Part shown: positions 13,205 to 25,443 of the stretch, in pieces
How the letters are laid out: every line of letters starts with the position of its first letter
How positions within the stretch are numbered: the first letter of the stretch is position 1
Source: Macrostomum hystrix
Lineage: Eukaryota > Animalia > Platyhelminthes
Length of the DNA stretch: 64,000 bases
NCBI GenBank assembly: GCA_950097015.1
Contig: CATNEN010000034.1
Span: 4,154,001-4,218,000 of the forward strand
Reading direction: 5' to 3'
The notes under the pieces: model-generated
Database searches by the model: none
Seen by the model: the letters and a program-made list of their open reading frames with translations, nothing else
Told to the model about the DNA's origin: nothing
Made by a program: the position numbers and the translations under genes

Positions 13205-14947
13205 TTAGTCTATGATGAGGCTGCTGCGGCAAAACCTTTCAATTGTAGGCTGGACAGGCGTCTGGGCAGCCGTTGGAGAAGTCAGCGAATCCTGACTGTC
13301 GTGCAGACTTGGCGCCTGCATGAATATGCCGAATGCGCCTGCGGGTTGGTGCGTTTTGGTTTTGCTTGTGACCTTGAAAGTTTGACCTTGACAGTGCGAC
13401 CTTTCTTGAAAATGTGTGACTTTTTTAATTTGCGACCTTGAAAATATGTGACCTTGAGATGGTGTGACCTTGGAAATTCGCGACCTTGAAAATATGTGAC
13501 CTTAAAATTGTGTGACCTTGAAATGGTGTGACCTTGAAATGGTGTGACCTTGAAATGGTGTGACCTTGAAATGGTGTGACCTTGAAATGGTGTGACCTTG
13601 AAATGGTGTAAACTTAAAAAGGTGCGACATAAAAATGGTTTGATCTTGAAATGGTCACACCGTAAAATGCGATCTTTAATCTATTTGATCTTGAAATGGT
13701 CTGGCCTTAAAATGGGGTGACCTAAAACTGGTGCGATCTAAATAATATGACTTTGAAAGAATGCGACTCGATGGAATTTAGCAAAGTTTGCTGAAACTTC
13801 AAATAAAAAATTCCAAAAAAGTTCTTTGCATTATTGAGTGCTTTGTGGCTCGAATATCATGGCATTGTTTTCGGTTTTATGGTCCTCAAAGCTCCTTAGC
13901 TTTCTCTTCATTTTGGTTGTTTAAAGATTGAAACAATGGGCGTGTACTTTTATAACAAGAAGCCTCACCGATGGCAGCAGCCAGGCTAAACAGCCACAGG
14001 AATAGGCGGTCCAGGACGAACGCAACAAATTCCCATTCGTCGCGAATCTGCGGACGAAAGTTAAAGGATAGAAAAGGGAGATGGGATTTCTCCTATGAGC
14101 TCAGAAGAGGGAGATGGGATTTCTTTAATGAGCTCACAAGAGGGAGATGGGATTTCTCCTATGAGCTCAGAAGAGGGAGATGGGATTTCTCACATGAGCT
14201 CAGAAGAGGGAGATGGGATTTCTCCTATGAGCTCAGAAGAGGGAGATGGGATTTCTCACATGAGCTCAGAAGAGGGAGATGGGATTTCTCCTATGAGCTC
14301 AGAAGAGGGAGATGGGATTTCTCACATGAGCTCAGAAGAGGGAGATGGGATTTCTCACATGAGCTCAGAAGAGGGAGATGGGATTTCTCACATGAGCTCA
14401 GAAGAAGGAGATGGGCTTTCTCCTATGAGCTCAGAAGAGGGAGATGGGATTTCTCCTATGAGCTCAGAAGAGGGAGATGGGATTTCTCCTATGAGCTCAG
14501 AAGAGGGAGATGGGATTTCTCCTATGAGCTCAGAAGAGGGAGATGGGATTTCTCACATGAGCTCAGGAGAGGGAGATGGGATTTCTCACATGAGCTCAGA
14601 AGAAGGAGATGGGATTTCTCCTATGAGCTCAGAAGAAGGAGATGGGATTTCTCCTATGAGCTCAGAAGAAGGAGATGGGATTTCTCCTATGAGCTCAGAA
14701 GAGGGAGATGGGATTTCTTTAATGGGCTCACAAGAAGGAGATGGGATTTCTTTAATGGGCTCAGAAGAATGAGATGGGATTTCTCCCATGAGATCAGAGG
14801 AGGGAGATAGGATTTCTCACAGTCTTGTTTCTGTCAGCTCGTCGAAGGTGTTCAGCGATACTTCGGACGCCATCCAGTGCGAAGGCCAGATGGTCACGGC
14901 AGGCAGCAGCAGAAGCAGCGGCGGCATCACTGGAGTCTTCAGGCACT

Positions 14948-14997
<50 letters not shown>

Positions 14998-17900
14998 AGG
15001 CTGGTTCGATAGCATGGCCTGGTCTGTCTCAGTTGCCTGTCATAGGAAGGATCAGTGCGTGGGCTGTCATGGCCAGCAATGGGCTGAGAGCTCTACTTGT
15101 GAAACTCTATAGCCTTGAAGCTTCTTCGTAGACTAAGAGAGAATGTTATTAAAGTTATTAATAACCTGAGAACAGAGCTCATTCTGCCCTTAGAAACTAT
15201 GCTGTCGTTTTTATAGTTTGTGAAGAAATTATGAAATAAGCTAGTAGAAAATATAGTAGACAATAGGAGACAGGAGGGAAGACAATAGTAGACAGGAGGG
15301 AAGGCAATAGTAGACAGGAGGGTAGACAATAGTAGACAGGAGGGAAGGCAATAGTAGACAGGAGGGTAGACAATAGTAGACAGGAGGAAGGCAATAGTAG
15401 ACAGGAGGGTAGGCAATAGTAGACAAGAGGGTAGGCAATAGTAGACAAGAGGGTAGGCAATAGGAGACAGGAGAGTAGGCAATAGTAGACAGGAGGGTAG
15501 GCAATAGTAGACAAGAGGGTAGGCAATAGGAGACAGGAGGGTAGGCAATAGTAGACAAGAGGGTAGGCAATAGGAGACAGGAGAGTAGGCAATAGGAGAC
15601 AGGAGAGTAGGCAATAGGAGACAGGAGGTTAGGCAATAATAGACAAGAGGGTAGGCAATAGTAGACAAGAGGGTAGGCAATAGGAGACAAGAGGGTAGGC
15701 AATAGGAGACAGGAGAGTAGGCAATAGTAGACAAGAGGGTAGGCAATAGGAGACAAGAGGGTAGGCAATAGGAGACAGGAGGGTAGGCAATAGTAGACAA
15801 GAGGGTAGGCAATAGGAGACAGGAGAGTAGGCAATAGGAGACAGGAGGGTAGGCAATAGGAGACAGGAGAGTAGGCAATAGGAGACAGGAGGGTAGGCAA
15901 TAGGAGACAGGAGGTTAGGCAATAGGAGACAGGAGGGTAGGCAATAGGAGACAGGAGAGTAGGCAATAGTAGACAGGAGGGTAGGCAATAGTAGACAAGA
16001 GGGTAGGCAATAGGAGACAGGAGGGTAGGCAATAGTAGACAAGAGGGTAGGCAATAGTAGACAAGAGGGTAGGCAATAGGAGACAGGAGAGTAGGCAATA
16101 GGAGACAGGAGGGTAGGCAATAGTAGACAAGAGGGTAGGCAATAGGAGACAGGAGAGTAGGCAATAGGAGACAGGAGAGTAGGCAATAGTAGACAAGAGG
16201 GTAGGCAATAGGAGACAGGAGAGTAGGCAATAGGAGACAGGAGAGTAGGCAATAGGAGACAGGAGGTTAGGCAATAATAGACAAGAGGGTAGGCAATAGT
16301 AGACAAGAGGGTAGGCAATAGGAGACAAGAGGGTAGGCAATAGGAGACAGGAGAGTAGGCAATAGTAGACAAGAGGGTAGGCAATAGGAGACAGGAGAGT
16401 AGGCAATAGGAGACAGGAGGGTAGGCAATAGGAGACAGGAGGGTAGGCAATAGGAGACAGGAGGGTAGGCAATAGGAGACAGGAGGGTAGGCAATAGGAG
16501 ACAGGAGGGTAGGCAATAGGAGACAGGAGGGTAGGCAATAGGAGACAGGAGAGTAGGCAATAGTAGACAAGAGGGTAGGCAATAGGAGACAGGAGAGTAG
16601 GCAATAGGAGACAGGAGGGTAGGCAATAGGAGACAGGAGAGTAGGCAATAGTAGACAAGAGGGTAGGCAATAGGACACAGGAGGGTAGGCAATAGGAGAC
16701 AAGAGGGTAGGCAATAGGAGACAGGAGAGTAGGCAACTGGAGACAGAACGACAATGGGAAAAAATGGAAATTAAGGTCATGGATCTTTGGTAGTCAAGGA
16801 AGATGCTTGAGGACTTGGCCTAAAATAAGATTGAAAATGGAAAGGCGTATTTTTGAAAGGCTTCTCGCAGATTGATTAGTTCGGGGGTCGTTTGGCAGAG
16901 TAGAGCAATGAATAATTAGTGCGGCCATAGCCACCGACTCCTTGACTTTTAGGAGAAGAAATATTTTCTTTCGCCTGACGTGCTGACTGGGTCTTTCCCG
17001 AGAGAGACCGCCCGGAATCAGAAAATTAGTTGCCCATCCTTAATAGAAAAGTTTTGAGAATTTGTCCCTTTCCTAATCCTGCATAGCCGTACCATATTAA
17101 TCATTATCTTCTCAATCTAAATATGCGGTAAATAGGCAAGGCTGTAAGAAATTGGGAAAGCAAATGAATTTAGACATCTCAACTGCAAGTTGGCACAATT
17201 TATCCGGTGGAAAATGCTTCACATCAAATTGAGTTGCTGCTCAAGATTTTAAGCGAAATTTTCGAGTGAACTTTTGGGAATATCTTGGAAAATGTATTAC
17301 CTTTGTAACTTTATCCCATCGAACTTCAGTCTGATTGCAACTATAATCAGGCACCTGAGTTTCCTGTACCCCATTTTTCCGCGAATTTATTTTCAATCAA
17401 ACGTTTAAATTTTCCAGGATATTATTATCAATAATCAGATGCTTAAATAGGTATTGGAAATTTTTACACTTATTTTGTTTAATTTTTCATTATGAGGTTG
17501 AAAAACACAACTAATCCCCATACATACCATACTAACAACCTCGTCTGAAACTTCACATATTACCAATCATCAAACTGATTCCATTTCCCATTCCCATTCC
17601 CATTCCCATTCCTATCCCCATTCCTATTCCCATTCCCATTCCAATCCACATTCCTAACCCCATTCCTATTCCCATTCCCATTCCCATCCCCATTCCTATC
17701 CCCATTTCCATTCCCATTCCCATTCCCATTCCCATTCCCATTCCTATTCCTATTCCCATTCCCATTCCCATTCCTATTCCTATTCACATTCCCATTCCAA
17801 TCCCCATTCCTATCCCCATTCCCATTCCCATTCCCATTCCCATTCCCATTCCTATTCCTATTCCCATTCCCATTCCAATCCCCATTCCTATCCCCATTCC

Positions 17901-20900
17901 CATTCCCATTCCCATTCCCATTCCCGTTCCCATTCCCATTCCCATTCCCGTTCCCATTCCCATTCCCATTCCTATTCCTATTCCCATTCCCATTCCAATC
18001 CCCATTCCTATCCCCATTCCCATTCCCATTCCCATTCCCGTTCCCATTCCCATTCCCATTCCCGTTCCCATTCCTATTCCCATTCCTATTCCTATTCCCA
18101 TTCCCATTCCAATCCCCATTCCTATCCCCATTCCCATTCCCATTCTCATTCCTATCCCCATCCCCATTCCTATCCCCATCCCCATTCCTATCCCCATCCC
18201 CATTCCTATCCCCATTCCCATTCCTATCCCCATTCCTATCCCCATTCCCATTCCTATCCCAATTCCTATCCCCATTCCCATTCCCATTCCCATTCCCATT
18301 CCCGTTCCCATTCCCATTCCCATTCCCATCCAAATCCACATCCCTATTCCATCCCAATCCCCAACTCCAACCCAGTCGCACCTGCCCCTCAGCCTCAGAG
18401 TTCTCGGTCTGCTCGGCAACCAGAGCCGGCGGGCGGCTGATGAGCAGCAGGGTAGGCAGGGCTCGAAAGAAGAGGCGGCGGACCCAGGGCGTCATGACGC
18501 AACAGTCGGGGGAGCGCCAGTGCACATTGATGACCACGACTGTGGCCATGACCGACAGTGTGACCAGTCCCATGGTGAACAGCAGGTACTTCAGAATCAG
18601 CGGGACAACGCGCGACGTTGGCGGACAGATGTCGAAGATCAGCCAGAAGAAGACAGTCAGGGAGACAAGGATGTTGACTGAGAGTGACATCTTCTCGCCG
18701 GAGCTGCCGGGCAGGTAGAAAACCAGCACAGTGAGGAATGAGATGGCCAGGCAGGGGCAGATGAGATTAACTCCGTAGAACAGGGTCTTCCGGCGAATGC
18801 GCAGCGAGAAGGTCAAATCCAGGTAGGGCTCCGGGCAGCAGCGGTATTTGGCAATGTTGCGGCGGGCGGAGGCCTCTGTCGGGGTGGTGGTTTTGGGGGA
18901 ATGGTTTCCGAATAATGTCACTCTAAAATTATGTCACTCCAAAATCATGTCACTCCAAAACTGTCACTCTAAAACTCAGGCACTCTAGAGCTATTTCACT
19001 CCAAAATTCTGGCTATCTTAACTTCTGGCACTCTTGAATTATTTCACTCTAGAAACGTCACTCCAGGAATGTCACTCCAGAAAAGTCACTCAAAACTTAT
19101 CGTGTTACTGAATAGAAACACCGAGCTACAAATTTCCCATGTCGGAGTGAAAATGTCCCCGAAACCAATCCTCACCGAGAATATCCCACTCGCCGTTCTC
19201 CACAAACTGGCTGAGATCCACCGCGTAGTCGATGAATGCCTGGCAGTTGTCGAAGCTCACCCGCCTGCTGGCCGCGGCCTCCTCCATCTGGGCCACGTGG
19301 CGCAGGTCGATCAGGAAGCCATTGTGAGTCCAGGTGCCCAGCTTCAGGGTGCAGTTCTGAGTGTCGAACGGGAAGAATTCGACATCGATGTCGCACTGGC
19401 TCTTAAATATTATCGGCGGCTTCCACTGGACTGTGCCGTCCGAGAACACGCTGACTTTGTTGGCCGAGCTGCGCAGGTCCCAGTCACCACCGGCGCTTGG
19501 GGTGGGTGGAGTGACATCGGGAATTAAGTCTATGTATCTCCAAGTGACATTTTAAATGATTGAAAGTGATTCAGAGTGACATTGGGAAGTAATTTAAATA
19601 ATAATATTTGTAGGAGGGCTGCGGGCAATGGCACATCATTTGGTGACACTAGACCCGCAGCCAGCGAGGAGGCAGTTCTGCCCGTTTCGCTGACTCCTGA
19701 GCACACACGCACACAGATACCGTACGCAGGCACACTCTCACACTGGTGTGTACATCTGCCCTGTACACTCTCACTGTGCCTTCGAGGTTAGCCAAGTGAC
19801 ATTGTGAATGAATTAATTTGATACCGAGGGGCATTGCGAATGACTAGAAGAGACTCATTGCCATCGCTCACTTATTGTACAGCACCAGGTCAGGAGTCCA
19901 GATCTGCTCCGAAGGAATGTGCAGCACTCTGATGTTATCGTAGCTGGCCGGATCCCACACAAAGTTCGGATCGTGCCACTGCTGGAAGACCCACATGTTC
20001 AGCGTCACAATCTGGTTCTTTTCGTCCTGGATAAAAATAGATATATTTGGCTTGAAATTTGCGCAATAAATCGGGAGAGATGGAGAGCGTGAGGTGGCGG
20101 TCGAAGTCGTGCTTAAGATTGTTAACAGCCAATTAGAGCGCGGCATGAGGTGGCAGTAGAAGTCATGCTTTAGATGCTAATAGCCAATGAGAGCGCGGCG
20201 TGAGGTGGTAGTCAAATTCTGATTGAATTTTAGATTCAAATGACTACGAGTGGGCGGATGTCATTGGGGTGAGGTGGTGCGATAAATGTATACCCAGGAA
20301 AATGTAGACTTCTCAAGATCATCAGATGAAGCTTGTAGTAAAAAGTTTATTCACTTACCACGTCTAATATCTGCACAAGGCTGAGGTTCATGTAAAGCAG
20401 GATTGGCTGGCTGTGATTGGTCACAGGCCTCACGTAGGACTTATAAACGTTTGGATTTAGAAGCCGGTTAAAAAGACGCTTCGCGTCCGACATGCTGGTG
20501 GAGCCTGGTGGTGTTGAGGGGAGCAGCGGAGCCGTTGTAAACGAATCTGGTGATGAATCTGGATCTGGATGGATGAAGAGAGGGAGAGTGGGATAGGGAG
20601 TGATGGGGAGAGGAGAGTGGGATTCGGAGAGATGGTGAGAGAAGTAGAGTGGGATTAGGAGAGATGGGGAGAGGAGGAGAGTGGGATTAGAAGACATGGG
20701 GAGAGGAGGAGAGTGGGATTAGGAGAGATGTTGAGAGAAGGAGAGTGGGATTAGGAGAGATGGTGAGAGAAGGAGAGTGGGATTAGGAGGGATGGGGAGA
20801 GGAGGAGAGTGGGATTAGGAGAGAGGGGGGGGAGAAGAGTAGTACAGAGAGATGGGGAGAGGAGGAGAGTGGGATTAGGAGAGATGGGAAGAGAAGGAGA

Positions 20901-23054
20901 GTGGGATTAGGAGAGATGGGAAGAGAAGGAGAGTGGGATTAGGAGAGATGTTGAGAGAAGGAGAGTGGGATTAGGAGAGATGGGGAGAGGAGGAGAGTGG
21001 GATTAGGAGAGAGGGGGAGGAGGAGAGTGGGATTAGGAGAGAGAGGAGAGGCGGAGAGTGGGATTAGGAGAGATGGGGAGAGGAGGAGAGTGGGATTAGG
21101 AGGGATGGGGAGAGGAGGAGAGTGGGATTAGGAGAGAGGGGGGGGAGAAGAGTAGTACAGAGAGATGGGGAGAGGAGGAGAGTGGGATTAGGAGAGATGG
21201 GAAGAGAAGGAGAGTGGGATTAGGAGAGATGGGAAGAGAAGGAGAGTGGGATTAGGAGAGATGTTGAGAGAAGGAGAGTGGGATTAGGAGAGATGGGGAG
21301 AGGAGGAGAGTGGGATTAGGAGAGAGGGGGAGGAGGAGAGTGGGATTAGGAGAGAGAGGAGAGGAGGAGAGTAGGATAGAGAGATGGGGAGAGGAGGAGA
21401 GTTGGATTAGGAGAGAGAGGAGAGGAGGAGAGTAGGATAGAGAGATGGGGAGAGAGAGAGCACAGAAGGAAGGACAGTGAAATCCCATTATGTTTTAAAA
21501 GCAACAATATAATTTCACCCAAATGTGTTGTTGAACAGTCACATTTACGCTCGTAGGATCAAGAATAACCGAGAGAACATTAATGGGGGCACATCCCATT
21601 TGATAATATGGCCGTGGGATTAATGGGAATGTTATAGCAAATTGATAATACATTGATGCAAGCACTTAAACGAAGCACTATTATCCCATATCGACGAGGG
21701 AGATAGAATGAGGAAATTATTAACGGGGACAATTTCGAATTTGATGCAAGGATCAGAGGATGTTTTAGGCTGTGACAGGGAGCTGAGGATAACTATGAAC
21801 TCCAGAGCAAGCAACGATTGCAATAACAGTAGCGAATAAATACAAACTGAGTCTATACTCATAAAACGCTCGTGCGCGTAGTGTTTGCTGAAAAAAAACA
21901 CGCCAATATAAATGTATGGGCAGGTGTTCGTGTTGAGCTCTATATTTCTGACAGTTCGGAAGTGCAAAAATATAACAGGTGAAACACTTTGAGTAAATGC
22001 TTCCATTAGGACGGAGGCCAACGTTAAGCCAGCTCGTGTTTCTGATTTACACTGCCGCTTTTTCTTGGATAAAAATCTTCAAGAAAGATCGCTTTTAGAT
22101 TAAACGTGTAGTTTAAAAAATGCTGATTTTCTGTCGAACAGGATTCGCATGGATTTTTTAAGTAAAAAGTAAGATTAAAAAAATGCCGAGACAAAGAACT
22201 AGTCAAAAAGAAATCGTGATCTGTCAGCTGTTTTGTCTTGAGGTCTCTCGGCATCAATGATCAATAAATCAATCTCTGCCGAGCCTTTTGATCTTCTCTT
22301 CAAATCAGTTTTTTTACCTATAAGTTATCTACCGCAATTTTTAACCTAAGATTTGCCTTTAGACACTTGAAAAAATTTTTTATTGAAATACTACGTCTTT
22401 TAGTCTTAGCACTACTGACATGGTTACCAGTTATCTGATGACATTACTGTCACTACTGACATGGTTACCAGTTATCTGATGACATTACTGTCACTACTGA
22501 CATGGTTACCAGTTATCTGATGACATTACTGTCACTACTGACATGACTACCAGTTATCTGATGACATTACTGTCACTACTGACATGACTACCAGTTATCT
22601 GATGACATTACTGTCACTTCTGACATAACTACCAGTTATCTGATGACATTACTGTCACTTCTGACATGACTACCAGTTATCTGATGACATTACTGTCACT
22701 ACTGACATGACTACCAGTTATCTGATGACATTACTGTCACTTCTGACATAACTACCAGTTATCTGATGACATTACTGTCACTACTGACATGACTACCAGT
22801 TATCTGATGACATTACTGTCACTACTGACATAACTACCAGTTATCTGATGACATTACTGTCACTACTGACATGACTACCAGTTATCTGATGACATTACTG
22901 TCACTACTGACATGACTACCAGTTATCTGATGACATTACTGTCACTACTGACATGACTGTGGATCATCTGATGACACTCTCGTCAATATGTATTTTAGTT
23001 CAACACAAACCTCTCACCTTGGGCAAGGCCTTGGCAGTGGCAGTCGTTGATTAG

Positions 23055-23088
<34 letters not shown>

Positions 23089-23117
23089 TCACCCTTGAGT
23101 TTCATCGAATCAGCCAT
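13205..23117 (-). CDS. Nicotinic acetylcholine receptor alpha subunit; exons 23117-23018, 20564(or 20558)-20359, 20026-19872, 19495-19176, 18875-18382, 15036-14821, 14047-13969, 13338-13205
   Basis: All junctions are GT-AG and phase-consistent. Signal peptide [10 protein letters not shown](L)12INDCHC; [10 protein letters not shown]; loop [11 protein letters not shown]; Cys-loop [15 protein letters not shown]; loop B GTWT; loop C YRCCPEPY (vicinal Cys marks an alpha subunit); TM1-3 incl. [18 protein letters not shown]; MA helix [12 protein letters not shown]; TM4 [17 protein letters not shown]; tail [11 protein letters not shown]; TAA stop at 13207-13205. Extra small exons in 15037-18381 cannot be excluded. 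Confidence 0.93.
13367..13745. repeat. Degenerate 16-bp repeat (tgtgaccttgaaatgg)n in last nAChR intron
   Basis: Unit read directly; core copies at 13510-13610. Confidence 0.85.
14075..14820. repeat. 33-bp minisatellite (gagatgggatttctcctatgagctcagaagagg)n filling nAChR intron 6
   Basis: Unit read directly; abuts the donor at 14820. Confidence 0.95.
15250..16745. repeat. 22-bp minisatellite (aggcaataggagacaggagggt)n in nAChR intron 5
   Basis: Unit read directly; explains the PTLLSPIAY artefact ORFs. Confidence 0.95.
17578..18365. repeat. (ATTCCC)n hexamer microsatellite in nAChR intron 5
   Basis: Read directly; produces the GN/GM runs in ORFs. Confidence 0.95.
19597..19793 (-). mobile_element. 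SINE family B, 5'-truncated copy in nAChR intron 3
   Basis: Near-identical to the 3' half of 32570-32918 (aggagggctgcgggcaatggcacatcatttggtgacactagacccgcagcc); (TTA) tail. Confidence 0.85.
20575..21465. repeat. ~32-bp purine-rich minisatellite (gagtgggattaggagagatggggagaggagga)n in nAChR intron 1
   Basis: Unit read directly. Confidence 0.9.
22410..22977. repeat. 41-bp minisatellite (actactgacatgactaccagttatctgatgacattactgtc)n in nAChR intron 1
   Basis: Unit read directly; period checked at 22441/22482. Confidence 0.95.
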
Positions 23118-24019
23118 CGCACAGTCGCCAATTCAGAATGAGTCTGCCTGACTGGCATCAGCTCAGCAAGCGGATTTATACACGCCTCAGCTGCATCACT
23201 GGAAGAGGCTGCAGGCCATGCGAAATAAGGCGAGCCAATCGCTGACGACCTGCCAAGCTGTCCAGCATTAATGAGAGGATTTCCCTAAGGCTGTGCTCAT
23301 CGGCTCGATAATAGACTTGACCTCTCGCACAGTTTGGCCGAATTATATCTGCTTTCAATTTTCAAAAGCAACTCAACTAAAATAATGTTGCCACAGCCGG
23401 TTGAGCACAGTGATGGCATGGCTGATTGCTAATTGCCCAGCTCAAAGAAGAATAGAATGAGGCGGCGAATTGGATTTCAATAAGCTGCTAAAAGAGAAGA
23501 CCCTCTGAAGGACTGAAAGATCAGGAAATTATAGCTATAAAAAGCAAAAAGTAATATATAAAGATTTAATGAGCTTAGCTCTTGTATTATTTCTGGTCAA
23601 TAATTGATCGTTTTATTAGAAGTGAATATATGGACACACAACTCGGACAACAGATAGACTAAAAGTGCCAGAAGAAGAATAAATAAAGCAATTTAACAAC
23701 AAATTATGCAAAATATGCACAAGTAGAATTGTTTGAAATTGTACAAACTGACTGGTTAAGAATGAGATGTAATATAGTTCATGTAGTAGATAAAAACTTG
23801 AATGCTATCAAGATCGACTTTACAAAATGATTCAAAAGTCAACTTTTTCGACAAGAAACTTCAATCGGAAACTATTTTGAGAACATAGTCAGCTTGTCAA
23901 ATGACTGTAAGTAGTGACATGAGGACAGAAACATCACTAGTTGACATAAATACACTCAGGATCAAAGCTCAGATAAGACAAGATAGAGAAAGTTATAGAG
24001 AAAGGATGAAGGGACGAGA

Positions 24020-25130
24020 CGGAAATGAGAAAGCGGAAAGAAGAAAGAAGATTGAGAAGGGAAGAAAGGAAGGAGAGGGGAAGAAAGGAAGGAGACAGAA
24101 AGAAATTAATGAGAGGGGAAGAAAGGAAGGAGAGGGGAAGAAAGGAAGGAGACAAAGAAAGGAAGGAGACAGAAAGAAAGGAAAGAGAGGGAAGAAATGA
24201 AGGAGAGGGGCAGAAAGGAAGGAGACAGAAAGAAATTAATGAGAGGGGAAGAAATGAAGGAGAGGGGAAGAAAGGAAGGAGACAAAGAAAGGAAGGAGAC
24301 AGAAAGAAAGGAAAGAGAGGGAAGAAATGAAGGAGAGGGGAAGAAATGGGGAAGAAAGGAAGGAGAGGGGAAGAAAGGAAGGAGGAAGGAGAGGGGAAGA
24401 AAGGAAGGAGAAAAAGAAAGGAAGGAGACAGAAAGAAAGGAAAGAGAGGGAAGAAATGAAGGAGAGGGGCAGAAAGGAAGGAGAGGCGAAGAAAGGAAGG
24501 AGACAGAAAGAAATGAATGAGAGGGGAAGAAAGGGGGAAGAAAGGAAGGAGAAAAAGAAAGGAAGGAGAGGGAAGAAATGAAAGAGAGGGGCAGAAAGGA
24601 AGGAGACAGAAAGAAAGGAAAGAGAGGGGAAGAAATGAAGGAGAGGGGAAGAAATGGGGAAGAAAGGAAGGAGAGGGGAAGAAAGGAAGGAGGAAGGAGA
24701 GGGGAAGAAAGGAAGGAGAAAAAGAAAGGAAGGAGACAGAAAGAAAGGAAAGAGAGGGAAGAAATGAAGGAGAGGGGCAGAAAGGAAGGAGAGGCGAAGA
24801 AAGGAAGGAGACAGAAAGAAATGAATGAGAGGGGAAGAAAGGGGGAAGAAAGGAAGGAGACAGAAAGAAAGGAAAGAGAGGGAAGAAATGAAAGAGAGGG
24901 GAAGAAATGAAGGAGAGGGGAAGAAAGGGGGAAGAAAGGAAGGAGAGGGGAAGAAAGGAAGGAGAGGGGAAGAAAGGAAGGATAGGGGAAGAAAGGAAGC
25001 AGAAGGGAAGAAAGGAAGTAGAGGGGAAAAAGAGCAGGAAGAGGGGAAGAAAGAGCAGGGAGAGGGGAAGAAAGAGCAGGGAGAGGGGAAGAAATAGCAG
25101 GGAGAGGGGATCGAAGAAAGAGGATTGAGA
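24020..25130. repeat. GA-rich low-complexity array with ~250-300-bp internal duplications, between brahma 3' end and nAChR 5' end
   Basis: gaaaggaaggagaggggaa motifs; repeated blocks visible in the ORF translations. Confidence 0.9.
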
Positions 25131-25443
25131 AACAACAGAGGAAGGAGGTTAGTCCAGTGGCGTTAACAAGGCATTGCTTATCTTTGCGCACACACAGTCA
25201 CACACACATGCACACAAAAACTAGTATTACAAGTCTAGGACACAGTAAGAAAGATAAGTCTAATAAAACGGACACAGTAGACAGTAGACAACAGACGTTG
25301 TAGACTGAAATGAGACAGTAAATGTTGATTAACACGTGCAAACGTGTTTTCTAGCATTCTGAGTACTCACTCGAGATAGCGGCAGCCAAAGCTAAATAAA
25401 GAACACAACTGGGACAGTAAAAACTGATTATTATCGTCAAGAT

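Noticed and set aside
23118-25443. brahma-nAChR operon (same strand, 2.3 kb apart)
   Set aside because: No sequence evidence for polycistronic processing; the gap is largely a GA-rich repeat and could hold an independent promoter.
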